Shown: positions 46,630-56,266, numbered from the stretch's first letter. The stretch: 64,000 nucleotides of DNA from an uncultured Planctomycetales bacterium (GCA_964603585.1 CAZRVK010000001.1:335856-399855), one strand, 5' to 3'. The notes: a model not told the origin generated them from the letters alone. Translations and numbers: made by a program.

Positions 46630-48450
46630 CTATTTGACCGGCTCCAGGCAAACTTTTATTTTCGCGCGATGGTTAAGGCTTGATAGATCTACAGTGAGTT
46701 TTTCTGCGTCAAAATCCTTCCATATTTTATCATCCACCCGGACATCTGAAATACGCACACTCCCCGGGGGTAATATATCCGGAGAAACCCTTAAAATATC
46801 TCCCGGAAACCCATGCGGAAAAGGCTTGAAATACAACTCCATCGGCTGTTTGGTATATAACAGGTTAGCATAAACCGTTGCCAGATAAGCCAGCTCTACC
46901 GAATGATATGCGCTCATCGAATGACTGCCCTTTAACCTCTCGGTTCCCAGCAAAAACGGGATACCGTTATTCAGGACATTAAAATAAACCGCGCCATCGT
47001 CATGATCCAGGAAAAAAGAATTATAAAAAGCTGCGGACTCCCGGGCATAACGCAGATATTCGGGATCCTTCAATATACCATAAAGGATCTGGTATGCCAA
47101 AATCCCCTGCTCCTGCTGCCACCAGGCCTTACGGTCATGCCATACATGGCGGTAACAGGTCTCATTCGCTTGCAGCTGCCGTTCCATCACATCATACCAT
47201 CCGCCGCGTTGAACATCCATCCCCACTTTAGGCATGATCTCGGCGATCTTTTTGGCAAAGGAAACATATTTATCATCAGGCGCAATGCTGTTAATACGCA
47301 TTAAATTCCAGGCAATCTTGAGGTTATGGCCAACTACTCCGCGGTTTTGCTGCCAGGCCCAGGTATGATCATGGCTCCAATCCTCAAAAAACCGCTCATT
47401 AACAAAAGGGCTGTTTTCATAGTCCGGGAAATATTTAGTGATACAATCCGCAGTATAGGAAAGAAAATCCTTGTATTTAGGATCTCCTGTCGCCAGCCAT
47501 AAATTTATCAAATAAGCCGGGGCATGGTCACCAACAGAATTCCAATTCTTACACGCCCGGTTACGGCCCAGGCTCTCGCTTCTGGGGTCAAGCTTGATCG
47601 GGTCAATATGCGAAAAATACCCTTCCTTTTGCTTATCCAAGAAAAAACGATCGAACAGATCGATCGTCATCTTTATATCTTTCATGATTAACGGATCTCC
47701 AGTAATCCGGTAAGTCTGGGTAGGGCCGGCCAGGGCATAGATCTGTTCATACATGGGAATAGCGTCATAATCATCTCCGAATTCAGAAGCAAATACCTTG
47801 TGTTCCCGTCCATGGCTGACATCGATCCCATGATACCAATAAACCACGTTCTCGTCAGTATCATAGAACCGCATATGATCACGCAAATATTGTGTCCCTT
47901 TTTCCGCGGTTTCTAAAAAACGGTCCTGGCCGGTAAGAAGGAAAGCTGATGCCATGCCATAGACCATCCGGGAGATGGTATCGGTCTCCTGGCGGTAATC
48001 TTCTTTTTGTTCTCCGGTGAGCGATATCCGGGTACGGTATTTGCGATAATCTATATCCTTAGGACCGCCGAATTGAGCTTTAATGAAGAAATCACAGATA
48101 CTGGATGCCTGCTTAATCCACCAATCCGGCTCCTCAAAACGGAACTTGCCCACACCATCACCGGAAAAAACAAGAACCTTTGCATCAAAAACAGGCCCGG
48201 ATTTTTCCGGGTAAAAAACCCCGATAACATGCAAAAACTGCCCCTTAACTAACAACGATTCCATCTTCCCAGTATAATCGCACCAACCTTCTTCAAGGTT
48301 GCGCGGACCACGGGCATAAGTAATCGGTGTGATCCTCGCCTGAAACTCGCGGCCGTCTGAAGTCCTTAATCCAAAGATCTTCTTTACAGGGTCATAACTT
48401 GTCACATACCCGCCGATTGTATCAGAAAACTCAAATTTGATCTCATTCAT
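46630..48450 (-). CDS. AGE-superfamily (N-acylglucosamine 2-epimerase / cellobiose 2-epimerase-like, six-hairpin) enzyme with extra N-terminal domain
   Basis: 606 aa. (alpha/alpha)6-barrel-like repeats with conserved W/H/R-rich motifs (..NLWLATGDPKYKDF.., ..WSHDHTWAWQQNRGVVGHNLKIAWNLMRI..). N-terminal ~130 aa unassigned. Confidence 0.45.
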   Translation of the reverse strand: MNEIKFEFSDTIGGYVTSYDPVKKIFGLRTSDGREFQARITPITYARGPRNLEEGWCDYTGKMESLLVKGQFLHVIGVFYPEKSGPVFDAKVLVFSGDGVGKFRFEEPDWWIKQASSICDFFIKAQFGGPKDIDYRKYRTRISLTGEQKEDYRQETDTISRMVYGMASAFLLTGQDRFLETAEKGTQYLRDHMRFYDTDENVVYWYHGIDVSHGREHKVFASEFGDDYDAIPMYEQIYALAGPTQTYRITGDPLIMKDIKMTIDLFDRFFLDKQKEGYFSHIDPIKLDPRSESLGRNRACKNWNSVGDHAPAYLINLWLATGDPKYKDFLSYTADCITKYFPDYENSPFVNERFFEDWSHDHTWAWQQNRGVVGHNLKIAWNLMRINSIAPDDKYVSFAKKIAEIMPKVGMDVQRGGWYDVMERQLQANETCYRHVWHDRKAWWQQEQGILAYQILYGILKDPEYLRYARESAAFYNSFFLDHDDGAVYFNVLNNGIPFLLGTERLKGSHSMSAYHSVELAYLATVYANLLYTKQPMELYFKPFPHGFPGDILRVSPDILPPGSVRISDVRVDDKIWKDFDAEKLTVDLSSLNHRAKIKVCLEPVK

Positions 48451-48480
48451 TCTTCTTCTCCCTTTTGCGATCAGCCCAAT

Positions 48481-48514
48481 AAAAAAGCTGAGATATAATT
48501 ATCTCAGCAAAAAA
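48481..48514 (-). terminator. rho-independent terminator downstream of the ankyrin/DUF1330 transcription unit
   Basis: AAAAAA-GCTGAGATA-taat-TATCTCAGC-AAAAAATT: perfect 9-bp stem. U-run follows on the minus strand. Confidence 0.55.
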
Positions 48515-48676
48515 TTAGCTATAACTGGCACAACCCGTTTTAAAAAAACACATGCGCTTTCACCAGGATCTTTTGGATTTTAACCGGCTCAAACCCAAGA
48601 ATTTATAAAAAAGCAGAGTGTGGAAATTGAATTTTATTATACCATTTTTTTAACGCCGCACAAGTTTTTTTATAAG

Positions 48677-49291
48677 TTATTCCTCCATACCGCCTTGCAT
48701 TCCAGAAGGCAGTCTCCTTGGGATAGCACTACCCTCTTTGGCCCCATGTGCCCGTAAGAGGTCAATTATTTGAGTGTTAGCACGGGAAACAGCCATCGAT
48801 AGCGGGGTTAACCCGGTATTCGTCCGGGCATTTACATCCGCGCCATTTTGGATCAAGATTTTCGCGGTTTCAATATGGCCGGGTTTACGCCCTTTATATG
48901 CGGCAAAATGCAGCGGGGTTGAGCCATTACGGGTCCGTGGATCAATATCCGCTTTATGCTCAATCAATATCCGGGCGGCTTCTGGTTGGGCTTGAGAAGC
49001 AGCAACATGCAAAGGAGTCCCCTGATTATCATTTCTGACGTTAACATCGACTTTATAAATATCAAGCAGTACTTTCATGGCTTCCGGCTGGCCGCGGCCC
49101 ACCGCCCAATGCAAAGGAGTCTTGCCTTGTTCATCTTTGGCATAAAGAAGACCCGGATCCTTATCCAAAAGGATTTTAAGTTTTGTTATATCTCCGGCTT
49201 TTGCCGCCTCATGGATTTCCGCGGCAAATGCAAACCCAAAGCAAAATAATACCAAAAAACAAGCATACAAACTCATGGCAATTCTCTTCAT
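48677..49291 (-). CDS. exported ankyrin-repeat protein
   Basis: Signal peptide MKRIAMSLYACFLVLFCFGFAFA. Then 4-5 ankyrin repeats (..GKTPLHWAVGRGQPEAMKVLL.., ..GTPLHVAASQAQPEAARILIEHKADI.., ..GSTPLHFAAYKG..). Confidence 0.8.
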   Translation of the reverse strand: MKRIAMSLYACFLVLFCFGFAFAAEIHEAAKAGDITKLKILLDKDPGLLYAKDEQGKTPLHWAVGRGQPEAMKVLLDIYKVDVNVRNDNQGTPLHVAASQAQPEAARILIEHKADIDPRTRNGSTPLHFAAYKGRKPGHIETAKILIQNGADVNARTNTGLTPLSMAVSRANTQIIDLLRAHGAKEGSAIPRRLPSGMQGGMEE

Positions 49292-49310
49292 AATCTCTTC
49301 CCCCTTTTTT

Positions 49311-49598
49311 CTATATCCCTTCCAGGAAAATTACGTTAGTTTTAGCAGATCTATGCCTTAATTCTTTAGCCTGACTATATTCCGGAGAATCCCACCATTG
49401 TTTCAATTTAACCATATCCGCAAATTCAATGACCACTAAACGCTTCGGCTGCCAATTCCCTTCAACGGTTTCAATTGAACCGCCACGGACCAAAGGCTTA
49501 CCGCCATAGGCAAAAAGCGTCTTAGCCCCCTGTTTTTTATACTCCTCATACCCGGCAGGATCAATAACCTCTATATCTAAGATCACATAAGCAGGCAT
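49311..49598 (-). CDS. DUF1330-family protein
   Basis: 95 aa. MPAYVILDIEV..YEEY.. pattern typical of DUF1330 (dimeric alpha+beta barrel). Confidence 0.55.
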   Translation of the reverse strand: MPAYVILDIEVIDPAGYEEYKKQGAKTLFAYGGKPLVRGGSIETVEGNWQPKRLVVIEFADMVKLKQWWDSPEYSQAKELRHRSAKTNVIFLEGI

Positions 49599-49721
49599 AA
49601 AGCACCCCCTAATTTTTATTATAGCAAAAACCCGGACGCCTTTCTATCATTTTTCAAATGACAGAAACCTATACCGGTTTTTCTTGACCAAGCGCATTTA
49701 TTTTCATACAATATAATCATC

Positions 49722-50471
49722 ATGGAAAGAATATCCCCTGTCTTAAAGAAAATCGGCATTACCGGTGCCTGCGGCAATATCGGGCAAACACTGCAAAAAG
49801 GGCTTTCGGAAAAATATGACCTGTCACTTTATGACATAAGGGAAGGTTCCTTTGTTTCTGGCGCGAAATTCACCAAAGTCGACTTTGCACAAAAAGAAGA
49901 AGTAAACGGCATCTTTAAAGGGCTGGATGCGGTAATACACTTAGCCGGGAACCCTAACCCCGGCGCACCGCGCCAATCAACATTTAAGAACAATTTTGCT
50001 GCTACCAGTTTCTGCTTTGCAGAAGCCTGTAAATCCGGGGTCAAGAAAATTGTCTATGCCAGTTCAAATTTCTACCATGAAGCAGCAATTTCAGAAATAC
50101 TAAACGGCCGTTCAAGCCGCCTGATCCGCCTGGATATGCCTCCAACGCCAATCTCACTTTATGCGGAATCAAAGGTTTTCGGCGAAAACCTCGGCCGGCA
50201 TCTGGCATATCTGGGAATGCAGTTCGTAGCATTACGTATCGGCTGGACTGTCCCGGAAGATAACCCGGCCTTATACGGCAATGCCTACATGCGCGCAGTT
50301 TTCTGCAGTAAACGAGACCTGGTAGAAGCCTTTGACAAGGCATTAGAAGTAAATACTGACTTTATGGCGGCTTTTGCGGTAAGTAATAACACAAAGGCAG
50401 TGTTCGACCTAAGTGAAACCAGGAAAAAACTGGGGTTTATCCCCCAAGACAACGCCGAGGATTATTTCTAA
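49722..50471 (+). CDS. NAD(P)-binding Rossmann-fold oxidoreductase (atypical SDR / NAD-dependent epimerase-dehydratase-like)
   Basis: ..IGITGACGNIGQTL.. glycine-rich dinucleotide motif at N-terminus. 249 aa. Second plus-strand gene. Confidence 0.6.
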   Translation: MERISPVLKKIGITGACGNIGQTLQKGLSEKYDLSLYDIREGSFVSGAKFTKVDFAQKEEVNGIFKGLDAVIHLAGNPNPGAPRQSTFKNNFAATSFCFAEACKSGVKKIVYASSNFYHEAAISEILNGRSSRLIRLDMPPTPISLYAESKVFGENLGRHLAYLGMQFVALRIGWTVPEDNPALYGNAYMRAVFCSKRDLVEAFDKALEVNTDFMAAFAVSNNTKAVFDLSETRKKLGFIPQDNAEDYF

Positions 50472-50500
50472 ACCTTTATCCTCCAAGAAACAACAAACAT

Positions 50501-50869
50501 CTACGGAACCGGCTTCAGTTCCCAGGAACAAAGCAAACCATCTTTATCAAAAACAAGATAGATAAAATCAGTGGAGAAATATTTTACCGGACGCCGATAG
50601 AGGCATTTACTGCCGAAGAAATCCCCATCCGAATGATCTTTGCATAAAACAGGTTCTCCATATAAAGAAATGACCTCTTCTTTGGAAAGGCCTTGTCTCA
50701 AGCCTCCGTTATTCACCGCGTCTTTTAATCTTATAAAAAGCCCCTCTTTTTGGTCAACATAATCCTGCATCTCCTGTTGACTGTCTCCTAACCGTTTCAT
50801 CGCCATGATCGGTTCTAAACATCCGTAAAGAAGAATTGAGAGGAATAGAACAGCAAAAAAGACACGCAT
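50501..50869 (-). CDS. hypothetical lipoprotein
   Basis: Signal peptide with lipobox (..LYGC). No recognisable domain. Confidence 0.4.
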   Translation of the reverse strand: MRVFFAVLFLSILLYGCLEPIMAMKRLGDSQQEMQDYVDQKEGLFIRLKDAVNNGGLRQGLSKEEVISLYGEPVLCKDHSDGDFFGSKCLYRRPVKYFSTDFIYLVFDKDGLLCSWELKPVP

Positions 50870-50937
50870 CGAGACACCCCCATTTTGAAATTAAACCGGA
50901 AATCCACTCTAAAGATCAATATTTGCTTATAAAACCT

Positions 50938-51915
50938 TTACTGGACCGAAAGCATCCTGGTAAAATAAGAACTGTAAAACCCCACAACACGCATGCCGAT
51001 AAAAGCTGCAACCAGTAAATAAAAAATAACCGGAAGGACCCGCACCAGGACCGAAATGACAGTATCGGTTTGTTTTTCAGAATAATGAGCGATCATGTTC
51101 AAGCTCTGGACAATGCTCCCGGTCTTTTGCGCGGTTGCAATCATGCTCACCACATCCTGGCTGAATAATTTAGTATGAACAACCGCTTCACTCAATGTTC
51201 CCCCCTGTTCAAGAACCGATACTCCTTGGGATATCTGTGCTTTGATCATTTCATTATCTACTGCATCAGTCGCCATCTTCCAGGCAGTAATTATCCCGAC
51301 TCCGGATGCGCATAAATACTGCAAAGCCCGGATAAAACCCGTCACGGATATTTGGCGTATGATATTATTTACTCCCGGGATGCTTAAAACAAGATTATCA
51401 AATCCCAATTTGAGCTGAGGCCCTTTCAATATCCGATAAGTAAAGTACAAAACTAATACCGGCCCGTATACGCCAAATAAAAGCTTAAAAACCCCAAAGA
51501 TATAACTGCCTCCGCATCCAAAGGCATTGACAAGCGGCAGCAAAAAAATCGCCAGATGCAAAAGAAAAACCGGATATGCCAACCCAACGATAATTGCCTG
51601 GTAAGAGGCGTAAACCTTTTCCTGATAATCCGCCAACAGCCCAAATCCATCCGAGAGCCTCCCGGATTCTTCGCTGTATTTAATGACCTTGGTATGCCAG
51701 ACGGGAAAGATCTGCGGAAATTTGGCAAAAGAATCAGACAAGTCCTGTCCTGAATCCAAATCCTGTTTTATACGTTCCGCCACCACCCTTAACTCCATGT
51801 TCCGGGCATTAATAGAAACAACATTCAGCGCCTCTGCCAGGCTAACACCGGAAGACAACAAATCAGACAATTGCCGGTAAAACAAACATAGCATCCTTGC
51901 ACGCAAAATAAACAT
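50938..51915 (-). CDS. type II secretion/type IV pilus platform protein F family (GspF/PilC/TadC-like), orphan
   Basis: Two T2SSF-type repeats each followed by TM helices (..LSSGVSLAEALNVV.., ..SQGVSVLEQGGTLSEAV..). 325 aa. Confidence 0.6.
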   Translation of the reverse strand: MFILRARMLCLFYRQLSDLLSSGVSLAEALNVVSINARNMELRVVAERIKQDLDSGQDLSDSFAKFPQIFPVWHTKVIKYSEESGRLSDGFGLLADYQEKVYASYQAIIVGLAYPVFLLHLAIFLLPLVNAFGCGGSYIFGVFKLLFGVYGPVLVLYFTYRILKGPQLKLGFDNLVLSIPGVNNIIRQISVTGFIRALQYLCASGVGIITAWKMATDAVDNEMIKAQISQGVSVLEQGGTLSEAVVHTKLFSQDVVSMIATAQKTGSIVQSLNMIAHYSEKQTDTVISVLVRVLPVIFYLLVAAFIGMRVVGFYSSYFTRMLSVQ

Positions 51916-51939
51916 TTAGGCTGATCTCCTATATTGCAA

Positions 51940-52359
51940 TTAAAACTTCCATATTTCAAACGTGCCATCGGCATGGCTCAAGGCATCGTTAAAATCAGGA
52001 TGGCTCTCATTAAGCCATTGATTGAACTGGGCCACATCACTGAATTTCTTTTCCATCGTTCCATCGTAATCGGTGTCGGCCTCGGCAGAATCAAACTTGC
52101 CGTCCTTAACATGTATGACCATATCCGGTTTGCCATCAAAATTAGTATCTGCGGTGATCATGCCAGAAGACTTATCATCACTAGAATACTTTATATCCAC
52201 CTTTTCATCTTTATTTATATCATAAGCCTTCTTGACGGTGTTTTCCGGGACCTTGACACACTGCGCATAACCAGAATTAATACTAACACAGAAAAAAATC
52301 CACGTACACACCCCAATAATAAATAACCGCATCATCGAGACCTCCTTGTATTTTAGCAA
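51940..52359 (-). CDS. exported calcium-binding protein with DxDxDG-type loops
   Basis: Signal peptide (probable start MMRLFIIGV.., ~52332). Loops DINKDEKVD, DTNFDGKPD, DTDYDGTME. Confidence 0.45.
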   Translation of the reverse strand: MLKYKEVSMMRLFIIGVCTWIFFCVSINSGYAQCVKVPENTVKKAYDINKDEKVDIKYSSDDKSSGMITADTNFDGKPDMVIHVKDGKFDSAEADTDYDGTMEKKFSDVAQFNQWLNESHPDFNDALSHADGTFEIWKF

Positions 52360-52365
52360 CTATTT

Positions 52366-54783
52366 TCAACGGTTAAAGGACACCTTTTTTTTCATTAACA
52401 AAACATTTTCCCCCTCTATCCTATGATACTTCAGCTCATCCATGCAATTACGCGCAATATATATCCCCATCCCCCCCACAGGCCTTTTCTCAACCGGCAC
52501 CGTAGTATCCAAAGCCGGATACTCCAAAGGATTAAAAGGAGATCCGTCATCCCTAAACTCTAACCAAACGGAATCATTATGCAGGGAAAACGACAAAATA
52601 ATCTCATGCGGACTTTTATCTTTATAAGCATAAAAAATAATATTTGCCGCAACTTCTTCTATCGCCAGGCTCACATCCTGGATAACCGTCTTGCAAAAGT
52701 CATTTTCCTTTGCAAACCTAAACCACGCGCCTTTAACCGCTTCAAGGCAAGAAATATCATTATTAAAAACAAATGTTCTCTTATCTTTCAGTTCAAGATC
52801 CTCGGGCCTATCTAAAGGCAGGTATTTTATGGCCAGCAAGGTTATATCATCGGACTGCGGATAATCCTGTGTAAACACTTTAATATCTTTGGCTACCGCA
52901 TTGACCAGTTTTTCCGGAGGATCGTTTTGATTAACAAACAGCACCGATTTCAGCCTCTCTTCCTGGAATTGTTCCTGATGGGCATTAAAAGCCTCCGTTA
53001 CTCCATCCGTATAAAGAAAAATAGTATCTTGCGGATGCAGAACTACCCGGGCCTTTTCATATACCGAACGCTCGTCTAATCCGACAGGTAACGCCCCTGC
53101 ACCGGTAAGAAGTTCCGGATTCTTGCCGGAGCGGATAATAAAAGGAAGGTCATGCCCGGCATTAGCATAACAAACCTCTCCGCTTTTTGTATCCATGATC
53201 GCACAAAACACTGTAATAAACATGCAGGTTTTGTTGTCCATACAAATCTCCGCATTGACTTTATCCAGGATCATTTCAGGAGACTTTAACTCTTTGGCGG
53301 TGATCCTGATCAATATCTTGGTCATAGCCATGAACAAAGCCGCCGGCACTCCTTTGCCGACGACATCGGCAATCACAAAACAAAGATGGTCGTGGTCCAG
53401 GAAAAAGAAATCATAAAAATCACCGCCCACTTCCTTGGCCGGGTCAAGCAAGGCATAAATATCGAATTCATGCCTTCCGGGGAATGCCGGGAATTTCTTT
53501 TCCACAAGATTTACCTGTATGTCATGGGCAATCCGCAATTCGCTTTCCAGCCTTTCCTTAGAAACCGTTGCCTGGGTCAATTCATCTATATATTTCTTTA
53601 AGGCATTGCGCATATAAATAAAGGATTGCGCTAACTCCCCTACCTCATCCTGTGAAGAAATCCCTGACAGATCAAAATGAAGGTTACCTCGAGCAATATC
53701 CTTAGTCGTCTTAGACAAGCTCCTGATAGGCCTGGTGATCGAGCCTGCAATCCAGGCTATCACCAGCCAAAGGAACAAAAATCCGGCAATCCCGATCAAT
53801 AGAACAATATGATTAAGGGTATCCATATCCGCCATCAATTCGTCCTCGGGAAACACCACACCCAAAGACCAGCCGCTGGCCTTAAGGGGCGTGTAGGCTA
53901 TCCAGCATTTCTTTCCGGTAACAATACTATTAGAAACAACCACCCCGGATTTTCCATTAACCATCTCCTGCCCCATAACACGCAGACGTAGATCTTTTCT
54001 GGCCTCGGCAAGGTCAAAAATAGTTTCATTCATTACAAATTCCCTTACCGGATAAGTCACTATCCTGCCATTTTGAGAAAGAACAAAACCATAACCAGTT
54101 CTGCCTATCTTGATCGAAGATACGATATCCTGAAGCCAGGATAAAGAAATGTCAGCAGTAATAACCCCCATAAATTCTTTTTTACCGTCAATCGATTTAT
54201 AAAAAGGAACGGAGTAAGTAGCCATGATAATATTACCCGCCCCTTCGTCATAATATGGCTCGCTCCAGGCCGGCTTTCCCAGCTCCCTGGGGATCTGATA
54301 CCAGTCCCAGAGCCAATACTGGTAACCATCGGATAAAGAAGTTGACTTGATCTGTGCGCCGCTTTTATAAAAATAAGGCGCAAAGTACTGTGAGCCCCTA
54401 TCGAAAGCATACGGGGCAAAGGCAATTGCCGCGCCATAAACCTCCGAGTTGTTCTCTACTACCGAACGCAATAATTCCAGCAATTCATCTTTACTGTAAG
54501 AAACCACCTCAAGTGAGTAAGCCAGATTTTGCGGGATTTTTTGTATCGGAAGAAGGATGGATTCGATCTTATTTACAGTCAATAAAGAAAGGTTTTCGGC
54601 GGAAGACTTGATATTCTTAACGATCATCTTGCGTGAAAGCAGATAATCACAACCAAAGATCACGATAAAAATGAACGTGCAGCTTGTCAGTATGCAAAAG
54701 GCTAATTTAAAGGCGATCCCTTTACTTTTTCTCATTAAGAGGAAAATCCTTGTGGAAAACGTTAAACTCCGGGATATAATCAA
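52366..54783 (-). CDS. membrane sensor: double-Cache-like extracytoplasmic domain + HAMP + PP2C/SpoIIE phosphatase + C-terminal RsbW-like HATPase_c_2 kinase domain
   Basis: N-terminal TM, ~280-aa periplasmic region, TM, HAMP (..ITRPIRSLSKTTKDIARGNLHFDL..). SpoIIE (..ELRIAHDIQVNLV..GGDFYDFFFLDHDHLCFVIADVVGKGVPAALFMA..). C-terminal GHKL (..EEVAANIIFYAY..GGMGIYIARNCMDEL..). Confidence 0.75.
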   Translation of the reverse strand: MIISRSLTFSTRIFLLMRKSKGIAFKLAFCILTSCTFIFIVIFGCDYLLSRKMIVKNIKSSAENLSLLTVNKIESILLPIQKIPQNLAYSLEVVSYSKDELLELLRSVVENNSEVYGAAIAFAPYAFDRGSQYFAPYFYKSGAQIKSTSLSDGYQYWLWDWYQIPRELGKPAWSEPYYDEGAGNIIMATYSVPFYKSIDGKKEFMGVITADISLSWLQDIVSSIKIGRTGYGFVLSQNGRIVTYPVREFVMNETIFDLAEARKDLRLRVMGQEMVNGKSGVVVSNSIVTGKKCWIAYTPLKASGWSLGVVFPEDELMADMDTLNHIVLLIGIAGFLFLWLVIAWIAGSITRPIRSLSKTTKDIARGNLHFDLSGISSQDEVGELAQSFIYMRNALKKYIDELTQATVSKERLESELRIAHDIQVNLVEKKFPAFPGRHEFDIYALLDPAKEVGGDFYDFFFLDHDHLCFVIADVVGKGVPAALFMAMTKILIRITAKELKSPEMILDKVNAEICMDNKTCMFITVFCAIMDTKSGEVCYANAGHDLPFIIRSGKNPELLTGAGALPVGLDERSVYEKARVVLHPQDTIFLYTDGVTEAFNAHQEQFQEERLKSVLFVNQNDPPEKLVNAVAKDIKVFTQDYPQSDDITLLAIKYLPLDRPEDLELKDKRTFVFNNDISCLEAVKGAWFRFAKENDFCKTVIQDVSLAIEEVAANIIFYAYKDKSPHEIILSFSLHNDSVWLEFRDDGSPFNPLEYPALDTTVPVEKRPVGGMGIYIARNCMDELKYHRIEGENVLLMKKKVSFNR

Positions 54784-55720
54784 TTAATGCATTATCCTTT
54801 AAAACCCCCACCAGCCCAATATAATCATTAAAAGACAACTTTCCCATCCCCTGATAAGAGCCATCTAACAGGATCAGGTCTTTCATCCTTTCCAGCATCC
54901 ATTTCTGATGCATACGATTGGCCGGCAAATGTTTTTCTTCCATGCATTTTAAAACAATATCGATTGCTTCCTCTGGATGCTCAAATGCATACCTCCAGCC
55001 TTCCAAAGAGGCCTGGACAAACAAACTACAGGTTAACGGGTCATTACGGACTGTTTCTTCCAAGGCATATATACCGTCTTCCGGAAAATTCAAGCCGTAA
55101 TCATAGAAAAAAAATGTTACCAGATCATCCGGGTCATAACCAGAATTAAGGATCGTATGGTATTCGTTATACCACATGGCCGAAGCCACATCCACTCCTC
55201 CGCGCAGGAACAAGTTCACGGAAGAGGACTGCGGGACTATCTTTACTTCTAAATTATATTTCTTGAAGAATGCCTTAGGCTGCACCTGAAAATCCGCATC
55301 CCAAAGCCCCACATTCTTATTATTAATATCCTCCGGCAAACGGATACCGCTGGATTTCTTTGCTACCAGCATCAATCCGGATTTACGAACTATCTGTGCG
55401 ATATTGACAATGGGCGAACCTTTAGAATGTTTTTCAACAGCACTTGACAGCCAAATCACTCCAAAATCAGCAAACTTATCCTCTAACAATTTAAATGGAG
55501 CCTGTAGGGCCGAACCATCAATGATCGTAACATCCAAACCGTATTTTTTATATATCCCTTTTTGTTTAGCTACATAATAACCGGCAAACTGGGCCTGCGG
55601 AAGCCATAATGTAACCAACGATACCTGCCTTAAGGGTTGTTCCTGGCAGATCACCGGATTAACAGGAAAGAGAAACAAAACAAGGCATAATATGGCCTTA
55701 AAGATCACCATCCCGCACAT
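54722..55720 (-). CDS. periplasmic substrate-binding protein of the NMT1/THI5 - SsuA/TauA (NitT/TauT) family
   Basis: Signal peptide, then ..LVTLWLPQAQFAGYYVAKQKGIYKKYGLDVTII... No cognate permease/ATPase adjacent. 3' end overlaps the sensor-phosphatase gene by >=14 nt. Confidence 0.65.
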   Translation of the reverse strand: MCGMVIFKAILCLVLFLFPVNPVICQEQPLRQVSLVTLWLPQAQFAGYYVAKQKGIYKKYGLDVTIIDGSALQAPFKLLEDKFADFGVIWLSSAVEKHSKGSPIVNIAQIVRKSGLMLVAKKSSGIRLPEDINNKNVGLWDADFQVQPKAFFKKYNLEVKIVPQSSSVNLFLRGGVDVASAMWYNEYHTILNSGYDPDDLVTFFFYDYGLNFPEDGIYALEETVRNDPLTCSLFVQASLEGWRYAFEHPEEAIDIVLKCMEEKHLPANRMHQKWMLERMKDLILLDGSYQGMGKLSFNDYIGLVGVLKDNALIDYIPEFNVFHKDFPLNEKK

Positions 55721-55800
55721 CCTTCGAAGAAAACGGCAACTCCCCGGTTACAAACTAAAGAGTTGCCCCATAAACCCATTCTGCGCAGCGAGTATAACAT

Positions 55801-56184
55801 TTAAAGTGGTTTTTTATGATCTATCTCCTGCCTTTGCATATTGGACAAATATTCATCCAACTCCTGGACATTGGCAAAAATATTGAGCGATGGAATAGCA
55901 TTGATTATCTCAAAAACCTTTTTTATCTGCGGCTGAAGATTAAGCATAATCAACCCGCCACCAAAAGACTCCACTTCTTTCTTAGTTTTAAAGACCACCC
56001 TTACTCCTGAACTGCTCAAAAAAGTCACCCCCGCAAGGTCCAAAACGATCACCTTTGGTTTTGAAACTAAAATATCGTCTATCTCCTGTTCTAAAATACT
56101 GCTGGTATTAGTATCGATCAACCCAACCGGGTATAGCGTAAAGAAATCCGTATTGTTCTTGACCACCTTGACCGTAAGAGCCAT
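55801..56184 (-). CDS. STAS-domain anti-sigma-factor antagonist
   Basis: 127 aa. ..VTFLSSSGVRVVF.. core. Confidence 0.7.
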   Translation of the reverse strand: MALTVKVVKNNTDFFTLYPVGLIDTNTSSILEQEIDDILVSKPKVIVLDLAGVTFLSSSGVRVVFKTKKEVESFGGGLIMLNLQPQIKKVFEIINAIPSLNIFANVQELDEYLSNMQRQEIDHKKPL

Positions 56185-56266
56185 AAAACCTCCTTTTTAT
56201 CGACCTTAGCCAAACACACAAAAAATCCCCCGATAATTATTTATTATATTCTCAATATCCCAATTA

